From Sedimentisphaerales bacterium (GTDB lineage Bacteria > Planctomycetota > Phycisphaerae > Sedimentisphaerales > Anaerobacaceae): a stretch of 64,000 bases of DNA. Both the position numbers and the translations under genes were made by a program. Shown here in pieces: positions 8,932 through 18,744 of this stretch; within the stretch, counting starts at the first letter, position 1, and each line of letters opens with the position of its first letter. Under the pieces are notes generated by a model. The model did not search any database. It was given only the letters and a program-made list of their open reading frames with translations, and was not told the DNA's origin. The stretch is taken from positions 800,001-864,000 of the forward strand of contig JAXGYC010000007.1 of the NCBI GenBank assembly GCA_040772485.1, in the 5' to 3' direction.

Positions 8932-9168
8932 ATGCCCCCTACCGTGCTCCAATTTCGACCCAGGACCCGCGGACCGGATAGGCGATCCGGAGCTTCACGC
9001 CTCGGTCGTCTTGCGGCAGCCATCGCTTTGGTGTTTCGGCCCGGATGCCGTCCCATCGGCCCGGACGACCTCAAGAGGCACGACTTCCCGGTGTGTACTC
9101 AACGGATCGGCGTGCGCTTCAGCGAGCGCCTGCGCGACGTGTTTCGATTGCGGTGGCTGAAGACTTAG
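8932..9168 (+). CDS. Small basic hypothetical protein (uncertain)
   Basis: Starts 12 nt after the previous stop, fills the gap, and ends just before a strong hairpin. Confidence 0.4.
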   Translation: MPPTVLQFRPRTRGPDRRSGASRLGRLAAAIALVFRPGCRPIGPDDLKRHDFPVCTQRIGVRFSERLRDVFRLRWLKT

Positions 9169-9176
9169 GTCTCTTG

Positions 9177-9217
9177 GGTCCTTTAGGTCCCTGGAGACCA
9201 GAAGGACCTAAAGGACC
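9177..9217. terminator. 14-bp perfect inverted repeat between convergent genes, built from ~9-nt repeats
   Basis: GGTCCTTTAGGTCC (9177-9190) / GGACCTAAAGGACC (9204-9217). Confidence 0.55.
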
Positions 9218-9225
9218 ATCCCATC

Positions 9226-9876
9226 CTACCAATCGGCTTTCTTGGTGATCCCAGCATCTTCCCTGGTATATCCGGCCTCGTGGACCCATCGCACAAGCTC
9301 CACCACCGAGGCAACCCCGGTCTTGGACAACACGTTTGTGCGATGGAAATCCACCGTTTTCTGACTGATTCCGAGTTCGTAGGCAATCGTCTTGTTCGAT
9401 TTGCCGAAGACCAGCAGGTCCATCACCTGGCGTTCCCGCCGGGTCAGATGCTCCACCCGCGATTGGAAGCCCTCCGACTGCCGCCTGGCGGCGCGAATGC
9501 GCCGGTCCAGCTCAACCGCCCTCTGAATGCTGTCGAGCAACACCTGATCGCGAAAGGGTTTTTCGATGAAGTCCATCGCACCAGCCTTCATGGCTTCGAC
9601 GGCCATGGGGACGTCGCCGTGGCCGGTGATGATGACCGTCGGAATCTCCATGTTCAATTCGTGGAGCCGGGCCTGAAGCTCCAGGCCGCTCATCCCCGAC
9701 ATCCGCACGTCCAGCACCAGGCAACCGGGTTGCGAAGGATCGTAGTGGGCCAGGAATTCCCGCGCACCACCGAACGTCTTGACATTCAGGCCAATGTCCT
9801 CGATCAGCAGGCATAGAGACTGACGGATCGCCTCATCATCATCGACGACAAACACCGTGGGGTTCGCGCTGCTCAT
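9226..9876 (-). CDS. FixJ/LuxR-family DNA-binding response regulator
   Basis: VFVVDDD, LVLDVRM, ITGHGDVPMAVEAMKAGAMDFIEKP; LuxR HTH LTRRERQV..SNKTIAYELGISQKTVDFHR. Confidence 0.93.
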   Translation of the reverse strand: MSSANPTVFVVDDDEAIRQSLCLLIEDIGLNVKTFGGAREFLAHYDPSQPGCLVLDVRMSGMSGLELQARLHELNMEIPTVIITGHGDVPMAVEAMKAGAMDFIEKPFRDQVLLDSIQRAVELDRRIRAARRQSEGFQSRVEHLTRRERQVMDLLVFGKSNKTIAYELGISQKTVDFHRTNVLSKTGVASVVELVRWVHEAGYTREDAGITKKADW

Positions 9877-12800
9877 GTTCGACTCCTTCCGCCGGTAGCG
9901 TGAATCGGAAAACGGTTCCCGAGCCTCCGTCCGACTGGGCCCACAACCGACCGCCGTGAGCTTCGATGATCCGTCGGCTCAATGACAAGCCAATGCCTAA
10001 TCCCTTGTCCTTCGTGGTGAAGAACGAATCAAAGACCCGCTCGGTCAACTGCGACGAGAGCCCGCGACCCGTATCGGCGACCGCAACCTCGATTTCGCCG
10101 CCGTTCTCCACGGCGCGCGTGGACAGGGTCAACGTCCGTGACGGAGCCCGGGTGCTGCTCATCGCCTCCATAGCATTGCGCACCAGGTTGAGCACAACCT
10201 GTTGCACACCTACGGCATCCGCCCGGACGATGGGCAAGTCTTCAGCCAAATCGCGAACGACGGTGATCCCGAGCCGGGCGATCTCCGTCTCCACCGTGCT
10301 CATCGCCTCGTCCAACGCGTCGCGCACGGCGATGCGGGTTCGCCGAGGCTCGCGTTTCGCGACCAGGCCGCGGATGCGTTTGATGATGCCGGCCGCCCGC
10401 TCCGCCTGGTCGGCGATCTGTCCGATGGAGTTGCGCAGCGTCTCCATGTCGACAGGCTCTCGTCCGGCCAACCGCAGGCAACCGCCGGCATAGTTTACAA
10501 TCGCGCAGAGCGGCTGATTGAGTTCGTGGGCCAGGCCGGAGGCCATCTCGCCGAGCGTGTTGGCGTGCCAGGCGCGGGTCAGCTCCACCCGATGGTTCTC
10601 GGCGGCACGGGCGGCCTGTACGCGTTCGCTGATGTCCCTGGCCACAGCCAGAATGCGGTCGTGGCCTCCGATCCTCGCCTGCTTCAGATTCACTTCCGCC
10701 CAGAAGCAATCGCCGTCCTTCCTCCGGCACAGCCACTCCAGCACCTGGGGGCCGTCCTGGATCGCTTTGGCGAACCACTTTCGGGTCGCGCCCGCGCTGT
10801 CGGCAAGCGGCTCGGCACGCAGGTCCCCCACGTTCATATGCTGCAGTTCCTCGTAAGAATAGCCGAACATTTCGAGCCCCGTCCGGTTCGCATCGAGGAT
10901 GGTGCCGGCAACCGGGTCATGGACGAAAATCGCCTCGTTGGCCGCGTTGAATATCTCGCGGTAGTTGCGCTCCGACGCGATCGCCGCTTCTTCGGCGCGC
11001 AGGCGGGCGAGGGTCGTGCCCATCTGCGCCGCAATGGTCTCCAGTGCCGGACGCGCCTGTCGGGGCACCGCATCGCAACGGTTCGAGGCAATGGCCAGGA
11101 CGCCGGCAAGGGCGCGCTCATCACGGATCGGCAGCGCCGCGTAGGCGCAGAGTCCGGCCTTCCTCTGGGCCGGACTGAGAGGCATGTGTCGCTCGTCGAC
11201 GCCAAAATAGACCGCCTTGCCCTGCGCCAGCAGACGCATCTGGGCCGAACTCCTGCCGACGCACAGCACGTTCGGAGCAAGGTCCCCCGACATGCCGCAA
11301 TGCGTCAGAAGCTTCATCTCGCCGGATGCCTCATCGGCCAGATAGACCCCGCCACAATCTGCACGGGACGCTTCGATCGCCGCCTCCAAACACAGACGCG
11401 CTCCTTTGCGGACCTCTTCGACCGTGTTCAACCGCACTGCCAGATCGTGCGTGATTCGCGACAGATGCTCGGCCCGTTTGCGGGCGCTGATGTCGCGCAC
11501 GATCGCGATGACTTCGTGCTCGCCGCACGCCACCACCCTGCACTCTTCGTCGCAGATTCCCGTCGGCGTCTGTAACTGGTATTCGAACGTCTGGATCTGT
11601 CCTGTCTCCAGGGCCTGCCCGATCAGGGTCATCAGAGACCGCGACACGGCGTCGGGAAGAACCTCGTCAATCCTCTTTCCGGTGAACTCGTCCGGCGGGA
11701 AAAACAGAACCTGGCGCTTTGCTGCCCGGCAATCGCGCACAGTACCGTCTGCGCCAAGCCGGAAGATCAGGTCGGGGATCGCGTCCAACAGGGCGTGCGT
11801 TTGCGCTTCGCTCTGTTTGAGGGCATTCTGCGCCAGGACACGCTCGGTCACATCGGCGCACGCGGCATGGATCGCGGGACGGCCTCGGTACTCGATGCGG
11901 CAGGCATGCAGTTCCACCCAGCGGACAGTCCCGTCCTTGCGGACGATCTGGAACTCGTAGTTCTCCGGAAGAGGTTCTCCGTCAAGGCGCGCATGATGAT
12001 TGTCAACCACGCGCTGGCGGTCCTCGGGATGTATGAAGTCCCACACCTCTTCGGGCGATTTCGCCAGGATCTCCTCGACCGTGTAGCCGCTGATTCGGCT
12101 CATGGCGCGGTTGGCGAACACGATCCGCTCATCCTGGATGACGACCAGCCCCTGGAGCGAGTGGTCGACGAGAGTCCGATAGGCCTCTTCGGCGCGTCTT
12201 CGGTCGGTGATGTCCCGCCCGATCCCGACCAAGCCGATGATCTCACCCTGCTCGTTCCTCAGCGGCACCTTCGTTGTCAGGTTCCAGGTCTTCGCCCCGG
12301 AACTCGCGTCAAGCACACATCGCTCGTGGTTTATGATAGGTCGGCCGCTGGACATGAGCTCCTGCTCGTCCCGACAGACCCGGTCGGCCATATCCTTCGG
12401 GTAGAAATCGCGGTCCGTCTTGCCGACGATCTCCTCGACCGTCTCCACACCCTTCTGGCGCAGGACCTGCGGATTGCACAGAAGGAAGCAGCCTTCCCGG
12501 TCCTTCACGTAGATCGCATCGGGCAGGTTGTCGATCAGGGTGCGCAGCAGGTTCCGCTCCGTGTTGATATCGGAATCGGCGCGCACCGCATTTGCGGGCT
12601 GCGGAGCGCGGCAACACTCGCTTGTTTCGGTTGCCCCGGAGCCGGCGTCCGCCCGCTTCATCAGAGAGTCTCTGCCATGCCTGGAGCGGAGTTGCTGAAG
12701 GTTTCGCTGCGCGCGCAAGTGCCTCTCCTTCAGCCCTGCCACGACCGCGCCAACGACAACCAGGATGAGCGAACGAAGCACATCCGACGGGACAGCCGCA

Positions 12801-13057
12801 TCCGCGACGCCGTCGGTCAGATGAGCGGTGGCGATGCAAGCCGCCGCCACCGCCGCGACGGCGAACCCACGCCAACCGAACCACAGGCAAGCCAACACTA
12901 CGGGAAGATAGAGAAGATGAGCCCCATCCACAACGCCCACGTGCAGGTGGCGAGCGTACCAGGCAAGCAGACACGCACCGGCCAGGCCCAAGCCCCCCAA
13001 CACGGGCTTGTACCAGCCGTACCCACCGCCGACTCCGTTCGGCCTCCGCTCATCCAT
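9839..13057 (-). CDS. Membrane-bound multi-PAS/GAF sensor histidine kinase (FixL/TodS-like core)
   Basis: N-terminal TM helices; four PAS/PAC units (RDITDR, DVTER, RDISAR, RDISER) and a GAF domain; H-box MASGLAHELNQPL; N-box NLVRNAMEA; DTGRG, FFTTK, GLGIGL. Confidence 0.92.
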   Translation of the reverse strand: MDERRPNGVGGGYGWYKPVLGGLGLAGACLLAWYARHLHVGVVDGAHLLYLPVVLACLWFGWRGFAVAAVAAACIATAHLTDGVADAAVPSDVLRSLILVVVGAVVAGLKERHLRAQRNLQQLRSRHGRDSLMKRADAGSGATETSECCRAPQPANAVRADSDINTERNLLRTLIDNLPDAIYVKDREGCFLLCNPQVLRQKGVETVEEIVGKTDRDFYPKDMADRVCRDEQELMSSGRPIINHERCVLDASSGAKTWNLTTKVPLRNEQGEIIGLVGIGRDITDRRRAEEAYRTLVDHSLQGLVVIQDERIVFANRAMSRISGYTVEEILAKSPEEVWDFIHPEDRQRVVDNHHARLDGEPLPENYEFQIVRKDGTVRWVELHACRIEYRGRPAIHAACADVTERVLAQNALKQSEAQTHALLDAIPDLIFRLGADGTVRDCRAAKRQVLFFPPDEFTGKRIDEVLPDAVSRSLMTLIGQALETGQIQTFEYQLQTPTGICDEECRVVACGEHEVIAIVRDISARKRAEHLSRITHDLAVRLNTVEEVRKGARLCLEAAIEASRADCGGVYLADEASGEMKLLTHCGMSGDLAPNVLCVGRSSAQMRLLAQGKAVYFGVDERHMPLSPAQRKAGLCAYAALPIRDERALAGVLAIASNRCDAVPRQARPALETIAAQMGTTLARLRAEEAAIASERNYREIFNAANEAIFVHDPVAGTILDANRTGLEMFGYSYEELQHMNVGDLRAEPLADSAGATRKWFAKAIQDGPQVLEWLCRRKDGDCFWAEVNLKQARIGGHDRILAVARDISERVQAARAAENHRVELTRAWHANTLGEMASGLAHELNQPLCAIVNYAGGCLRLAGREPVDMETLRNSIGQIADQAERAAGIIKRIRGLVAKREPRRTRIAVRDALDEAMSTVETEIARLGITVVRDLAEDLPIVRADAVGVQQVVLNLVRNAMEAMSSTRAPSRTLTLSTRAVENGGEIEVAVADTGRGLSSQLTERVFDSFFTTKDKGLGIGLSLSRRIIEAHGGRLWAQSDGGSGTVFRFTLPAEGVEHEQREPHGVCRR

Positions 13058-13472
13058 GCTGACAGCAACCTACTCTTTGGGCCCATGGCCCGGCCAGACG
13101 CCGGTCGGCCGAGACAATCCTCTGCCGACCGGCAGTATTCTCCATCATCCCATTATTGTCGAGTCAAAACTGGCGGACTTGACCCGACCGCGGGAGGGAT
13201 TTCCAGCCCTCCCGTTCCTGCCCCGATAGGCGCGGGAAAATTTCACGCCGAATCCCGAACTATCTTCGACACCGCGCGTAATCTTTATTGGACGTTGCCA
13301 CCGAAATCCGTACAATGCCGAGAACGGCACGTATGGTTGATGATACGAGAAAGTAGAACTAAGATTTTTCTCCCCTCCGGAAAACATCGGGTAGCGCATT
13401 GCTGCTCGATGTTTTCTTTTTGCACGTCTCCGCCATCTTGCCCCGTCCTCCAGGCTTGCCTCGCTTCCACCA

Positions 13473-16400
13473 TCAGGCATCTTTGCCGTGGCATTTCTTG
13501 TATTTCTTTCCGCTGCCGCACGGGCAGGGGTCATTGCGCCCGACCTTGGGCTGCTCCAACCGAATCTGTTTGACCTTCTGCTCGCCCTGGGGCGCCTGGG
13601 CGGCCGCACGCTGCCGTTCGGCCATCGCAAACTGCCCCACTTCGTCGTGCGAAGTCTGGCTGACGTTCCAGACGCTCCGCGCCCGCGTTCCGGCTTCGAG
13701 ATGGACGCGGAAGATGATGTCCGTGACGCGGTCCTCGATCGACTCGAGCATCTCGTTGAACATCCGGTAGCCTTCGCGCTTGTACTCGACCTTCGGGTCC
13801 TTCTCCGCGAAAGAGCGGGTCCAGATGCTGTCCTTGAGGTGGTCCATCGCGTACAGATGGTCCTTCCACGTGCTATCGTACACCTGCAGCAGGACGTATC
13901 GTTCCAGGTCCGCCAGCTCGCGACGCATGAACTGGCGCCCGACCTCGGCCAGACGCGCTTTGACGTCTGCGCCATCCCCCAGATCACCCGCTCTCAAAGA
14001 GGCGTCGAACCTCGCGTTGGCCCACTCGATCAACTGCTCGCGGGGCAGGCCACGGACCTTCTCGGTCAGCTCCTCCTCGAGCTTTCCGTCGCTGTAGCTG
14101 GCGCTCAGTCGCATCAACTGCTCGTGCACGTCTCGCGGCTTGGCGTTCTGCAACCACTCGATGGACAGGTCGGCGTTGTACTTCTTGTTCGCCCACTGCG
14201 CCAGAGACTCGAAGCCGTAAACGTTGGCTCCCTGCGAACCATAGGCCATGCTCATCGCGAACTCGACGGGGTACTCGATCTCGCGCCGGTGGTACTTCTC
14301 GGCGGTCTCGGCGAGCATCAGCTCGCGGACCTCCTTGGCGTTGAGGTCTTTCAGACGCTCGGTGTCCAGCTTGAGATCGAACTTGGCCCGCGCCCATTCG
14401 GCCAGACGACGCACGGCGAAGTCCGCACGGAGAAACTCCGCCAGCGGCGAGCAATCCCTCTTGTCCACCTGCTCGCCGGCCGCAGAAGCAAGCTGCTCTT
14501 CGATCTCCTCCGGCGACTGGTTTTTGACCTTGCCGGCGCTGAGGTTGACCTTGAACGCCGACATGGCCCACTTGGTCAGGCCCGCCACATCCCACGTGCT
14601 CGGGTCCGCATAGTCCTCCAGGTACTCGCCGAGCGACAGCGCGATGTTGCTCCGGGCGGCGTCCCTGGCACGCTCCTTGACCAGGGTCTCGACCTCTCGG
14701 GGCTCGACCTCGACCACATCGGAGAGCCTCAGCTCGACGTCGAAGTTCGCCCGCACCCATTCCAGCATGCACTTGTACGCGTATTCCTTGTCGAGGATGG
14801 ACTCGCAGTGGCTGGTGATCGTCGCGTCGATCATCTCCTCGATCATCTCACGGAGGTGGCGGCCCTCGAGGACCTGCCGCCGGCGCGAGTAGAAGATCTT
14901 CCGCTGGTGGTCCATCACCTCGTCGTATTCGAGCAGGCTCTTGCGAATCTCGAAGTTGCGCTCCTCCACCTTCTTCTGAGCCTTCTCGATGCCCTTGCTG
15001 ATCCGGCTGTGATAAATGGGCTCGCCCTCTTCCCACCCGATCCAGCTCAGCGCCTTGACCGTCCACTCGGGCGCAAAGACACGCATCAGGTCGTCGTCGA
15101 AACTGAGGAAGAACTGGCTGGATCCGGCGTCGCCCTGCCGGCCGGCGCGCCCGCGGAGCTGGTTGTCGATCCGTCGGGCCTCGTGCCGCTCGGTGCCGAG
15201 GATGTGCAGGCCGCCGATGCCGGCCACCCCCGGACCGAGCTTGATGTCGGTGCCTCGGCCGGCCATGTTCGTCGCGATGGTCACGTTGCCGCGCATCTGG
15301 CCGTTGCGGGCCTGGTGCTGCTGGCCCGCCTTCAGCACGATCTGCGCCTCGCGGGCGTGCTGCTTGGCGTTGAGGACCTCGTGATCGAGCCCGTGCCGCT
15401 TCGTCAGCGCCGTCGAGAGCAACTCGCTCTTCTCGATGCTGATCGTGCCGACCAGAACGGGCCGGCCGGCGGCACTGATCTCGTTGATCTCCTCGACGAT
15501 GGCGTTGAACTTCTCCGGCATCGACTTGTAGATCACATCCTGACGGTCGTCTCGGACACAAGGCTGGTTCGTCGGAATCACGACGACGTCCAGCTTGTAG
15601 ATCTTCATGAACTCGTCGGCCTCGGTCGCCGCCGTACCGGTCATGCCGGCGATGGCGTCGTACAGCTTGAAGAAATTCTGAAGCGTGATCGTCGCGAGGG
15701 TCTGCGTCTCCTCCTTGACGGTGACCCCCTCCTTCGCCTCGACCGCCTGGTGCAGGCCGTCGGACCACTGGCGGCCGTGCATCAACCGGCCGGTGAACTC
15801 ATCGACAATGATGACCTTGCCCTCCATCACGACGTAGTCTTTCTCCTTTTCGAAGACCACGTGCGCGCGGAGGCTCTGCTGCAAGAGATGCGGCCAATCG
15901 ATGTTGGTCCCGGTGTAAAACGACCCCATGCCCGCGATATCCTGCGCCGCCTTCTCGCCCTCGTCGGTCATGCGCACCTGTTTGCGGTCGAACTCGACCT
16001 CGTAGTATTGCGTCGCCTGCGTCAGGCGAGCCTGGGCATCCGCAATCTCCTGCTGGGCCTTGTCGATGGCCTGCTGGGCCTTGTCGATCCGCTTGCTGTC
16101 CTTGTCCTTCTTGGCCTCGGACAGCTCGCCCTGAGCGTTGGCGATCCTGCGTTCGGCGGCGTCGATCTGCGACTTGATCCGGTCGTAGCCGCTCTGAAGC
16201 GAGATCAGTTGCCGCGCGATCTGATCGGCTTTCTTGTACCGCGTGACATCGTCGAAGGCCGGACCCGAGATGATCAACGGCGTTCTCGCCTCATCGATCA
16301 GGATCGAGTCCACCTCGTCGACGATGGCGTACTGGAGCGGCCCCTGCACCATCTGCTCCAGCGAAGTTTTCATGTTGTCGCGGAGGTAGTCGAAGCCAAA

Positions 16401-16961
16401 TTCGTTGTTGGTGCCGTACGTGATATCGCAGAGATACGTTTCTTTGCGTTCCCGGCCGGCGGTGTCCATGTCGGCCTGAATCGCTCCGACCGTCATGCCC
16501 AAGGCATGGTAGACCGGCGACATCCACTCGGCGTCGCGTTTGGCCAGGTAGTCGTTCACCGTGACGATGTGCACGTGCCGCCCGGTCAGGTGCACGAGGT
16601 AGGCGGCCAGGGTCGCCACAAGCGTCTTGCCCTCCCCCGTGGCCATCTCGGCGATCTTGCCCTCGAACAGCACGTTGCCGCCGATGAGCTGGACGTCGAA
16701 GTGGCGCATCTCAACGGTCCGGCGGGCCACCTCTCGCACGACCGCGAACGCTTCCGGCAGGATCTCTTCCGGACTCCTGCCGGCCGCCAGAGCGGACTTG
16801 AACTCGGCCGTCTTGGCCCTGAGCGCCGCGTCGTCGAGCTGGCGCATCCGATCCTCGAACGCCCCGGCCCGCTCGACCATGCCCGTGTAGCTCTTGACCA
16901 GACGCTCGTTCCGGGAGCCGAAGATCTTCAGGAGGACCTTGTTTACTTTCTCGAAAGCCAT
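13473..16961 (-). CDS. secA: Preprotein translocase ATPase SecA (enlarged, 1162 aa)
   Basis: [62 protein letters not shown]-terminal SEC-C motif [19 protein letters not shown]. Confidence 0.98.
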   Translation of the reverse strand: MAFEKVNKVLLKIFGSRNERLVKSYTGMVERAGAFEDRMRQLDDAALRAKTAEFKSALAAGRSPEEILPEAFAVVREVARRTVEMRHFDVQLIGGNVLFEGKIAEMATGEGKTLVATLAAYLVHLTGRHVHIVTVNDYLAKRDAEWMSPVYHALGMTVGAIQADMDTAGRERKETYLCDITYGTNNEFGFDYLRDNMKTSLEQMVQGPLQYAIVDEVDSILIDEARTPLIISGPAFDDVTRYKKADQIARQLISLQSGYDRIKSQIDAAERRIANAQGELSEAKKDKDSKRIDKAQQAIDKAQQEIADAQARLTQATQYYEVEFDRKQVRMTDEGEKAAQDIAGMGSFYTGTNIDWPHLLQQSLRAHVVFEKEKDYVVMEGKVIIVDEFTGRLMHGRQWSDGLHQAVEAKEGVTVKEETQTLATITLQNFFKLYDAIAGMTGTAATEADEFMKIYKLDVVVIPTNQPCVRDDRQDVIYKSMPEKFNAIVEEINEISAAGRPVLVGTISIEKSELLSTALTKRHGLDHEVLNAKQHAREAQIVLKAGQQHQARNGQMRGNVTIATNMAGRGTDIKLGPGVAGIGGLHILGTERHEARRIDNQLRGRAGRQGDAGSSQFFLSFDDDLMRVFAPEWTVKALSWIGWEEGEPIYHSRISKGIEKAQKKVEERNFEIRKSLLEYDEVMDHQRKIFYSRRRQVLEGRHLREMIEEMIDATITSHCESILDKEYAYKCMLEWVRANFDVELRLSDVVEVEPREVETLVKERARDAARSNIALSLGEYLEDYADPSTWDVAGLTKWAMSAFKVNLSAGKVKNQSPEEIEEQLASAAGEQVDKRDCSPLAEFLRADFAVRRLAEWARAKFDLKLDTERLKDLNAKEVRELMLAETAEKYHRREIEYPVEFAMSMAYGSQGANVYGFESLAQWANKKYNADLSIEWLQNAKPRDVHEQLMRLSASYSDGKLEEELTEKVRGLPREQLIEWANARFDASLRAGDLGDGADVKARLAEVGRQFMRRELADLERYVLLQVYDSTWKDHLYAMDHLKDSIWTRSFAEKDPKVEYKREGYRMFNEMLESIEDRVTDIIFRVHLEAGTRARSVWNVSQTSHDEVGQFAMAERQRAAAQAPQGEQKVKQIRLEQPKVGRNDPCPCGSGKKYKKCHGKDA

Positions 16962-17031
16962 TTCGCTAACTCGATCCTCTCCATAAAGGCGCCGTCACCG
17001 CTGTCCGACACAGACCGCCGGCTCATGCGCT

Positions 17032-17592
17032 TCAATTCTTGACCCGCGTAACGTACAGCCCGGTGCGCGTGTCCACGCGGATCAGTTCGCCCACCTTGAT
17101 GAACGGGGGCACGGTAACCACCAACCCGGTCTCCAGGGTGGCCGGCTTGGTCTGGCTCGTGGCCGTAGCGCCCTTGATCTCGGGCGGAGTATCGGTCACT
17201 TCCAGGTCCACCGTGTTGGGAAGCGTAACGACGATGGGTTTGCCTTCGTACATGCTGACCTGGAGCGGCGTATTGGGCTTGAGGTACTTCGGGCCGTCGC
17301 CGAAGGCATCGTCGTCGAGAGCAATCTGATCGAATGTCTGCAAGTCCATGAGGACATGCCCTTCGTTCGAGGAATACAGATACTCGTAGTTGCGCTTGTC
17401 GAGTTCGACCTCTTCGACGACTTCTTCACTGCGAATTCGCGCGTTCTGAATCGAGCCGTCCGTCAGACTCTTGAGCTTGGTCTGGTAGATGGCGCCGCCC
17501 TTGCCCAATTTGACGTGATCGAAATCGACGATCGCATAGAGCTTTCCGTCAATCTTGACGGTCTGGCCCTTCTGCATTTCCGATGCCTTCAT
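17032..17592 (-). CDS. efp: Translation elongation factor P
   Basis: KLGKGGA loop, YEYLY, KPATLETG..VPPFI..GELIRVDTRTG.Y. Start set at MKASE. Confidence 0.93.
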   Translation of the reverse strand: MKASEMQKGQTVKIDGKLYAIVDFDHVKLGKGGAIYQTKLKSLTDGSIQNARIRSEEVVEEVELDKRNYEYLYSSNEGHVLMDLQTFDQIALDDDAFGDGPKYLKPNTPLQVSMYEGKPIVVTLPNTVDLEVTDTPPEIKGATATSQTKPATLETGLVVTVPPFIKVGELIRVDTRTGLYVTRVKN

Positions 17593-17661
17593 ACTCCGCT
17601 CCAACAGCCACCCGGATGGATATCTTCAAAACTGCGACCGCAAAGCACTTACGGTCGGGCC

Positions 17662-17690
17662 AGTATGCCAGAATCGCTGAGGCCTGTCAA
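17662..17690 (-). promoter_or_regulatory. Sigma70-type promoter for efp(-secA)
   Basis: Minus strand TTGACA-N17-CATACT. Confidence 0.55.
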
Positions 17691-17818
17691 GAAACCTGAT
17701 CGGCCCCTTGTGGTGGCAGCGGGATGACACGGCCAGGTGAAAGAGATATGCTGTCGGCTCAAAGAGCGGTCGAAGAGGCCGCCGGCAGACAAGACAGCCT
17801 CTGCTTGGGAGTGGCGAG

Positions 17819-18628
17819 ATGCTGGGCGCCATCGCGGGCGACATCGCGGGATCGGCCTACGAGAGCAGGCCGACCAAACGCAAGGACATACCGCTGTTCG
17901 GGCCGCTGGCGACCTTCACCGACGACACGGTCCTGACGGTGGCGGTCGCGGATGCGCTTCTGGGCGAGTGCAACTACGAGCATGCCCTGCGAACCTATAC
18001 CCGCCGGCATCCCTTGCGCGGCTACGGCGGCCATTTCCTCCAATGGGCGACGGCGTCGCGCATGGGGCCATACAATAGCTTCGGCAACGGCTCGGCGATG
18101 CGCGTCAGTCCGGTGGCATATGCCTTCGATTCAGAGGACGACGTGCTGCGCGAGGCGGCCAGGACGGCCGACTGCACGCACAACCATCCCGAGGGGATCA
18201 AAGGGGCCCAGGCGACGGCGCTGGCGGTGTTTCTCGCTCGAAAAGGCGAGGACAAGGAGTCGATTCGCCGGAGGATGAGCGACAGTTTCGGGTATGACCT
18301 GTCGCGAACGATCGACAAGATTCGGCCCGGCTACGTCTTCGACGTGACCTGCCAGGGCTCGGTGCCCGAGGCGATCATCGCTTTCCTGGACTCCTGCTCG
18401 TACGAGGACGCCGTACGCAACGCGATCTCGCTTGGCGGCGACAGCGACACCCAGGCCTGTATCGCCGGCGCCATCGCCGAGGCACACTACAAGGACATCC
18501 CCACCGAGTTCCTCCGACAGATTCGCACGCAACTGACCGAAGACCTCTGGGACACGACCCTGCGATTCTGCAGGCGCTGCGGCATCCCAGCGATCCTCGA
18601 ACGCATTCAGACAGTGGACCTGGCGTAG
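17819..18628 (+). CDS. ADP-ribosylglycohydrolase family protein
   Basis: GAIAGDIAGS, FTDDT, SFGNGSAMRVSP, THNHPEG, GGDSDT. Confidence 0.93.
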   Translation: MLGAIAGDIAGSAYESRPTKRKDIPLFGPLATFTDDTVLTVAVADALLGECNYEHALRTYTRRHPLRGYGGHFLQWATASRMGPYNSFGNGSAMRVSPVAYAFDSEDDVLREAARTADCTHNHPEGIKGAQATALAVFLARKGEDKESIRRRMSDSFGYDLSRTIDKIRPGYVFDVTCQGSVPEAIIAFLDSCSYEDAVRNAISLGGDSDTQACIAGAIAEAHYKDIPTEFLRQIRTQLTEDLWDTTLRFCRRCGIPAILERIQTVDLA

Positions 18629-18744
18629 CTTCCTGAGTCAGGGCTTTTCGATTGATAATCCGCGCCGATGCAGGTATCACAGGGCCATGAGCTGGCACTT
18701 GGCCGCTCCAACCTCGATCCATTTCAGCGTAGAGGAGAGCCTTC

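Noticed and set aside
13287..13316. + strand promoter-like TTGGAC-N17-TACAAT pointing antisense into the secA 3' end
   Set aside because: Weak -35 in an AT-rich intergenic patch with no downstream gene or other support.
13488..17042. 1184 aa + strand ORF spanning secA
   Set aside because: Antisense shadow of secA. GC-rich codon bias suppresses stops on the opposite strand, and the translation has no recognisable motifs.
17032..18628. Functional link between efp and the divergent ADP-ribosylglycohydrolase
   Set aside because: Adjacency only; no ADP-ribosyltransferase or toxin gene is nearby.
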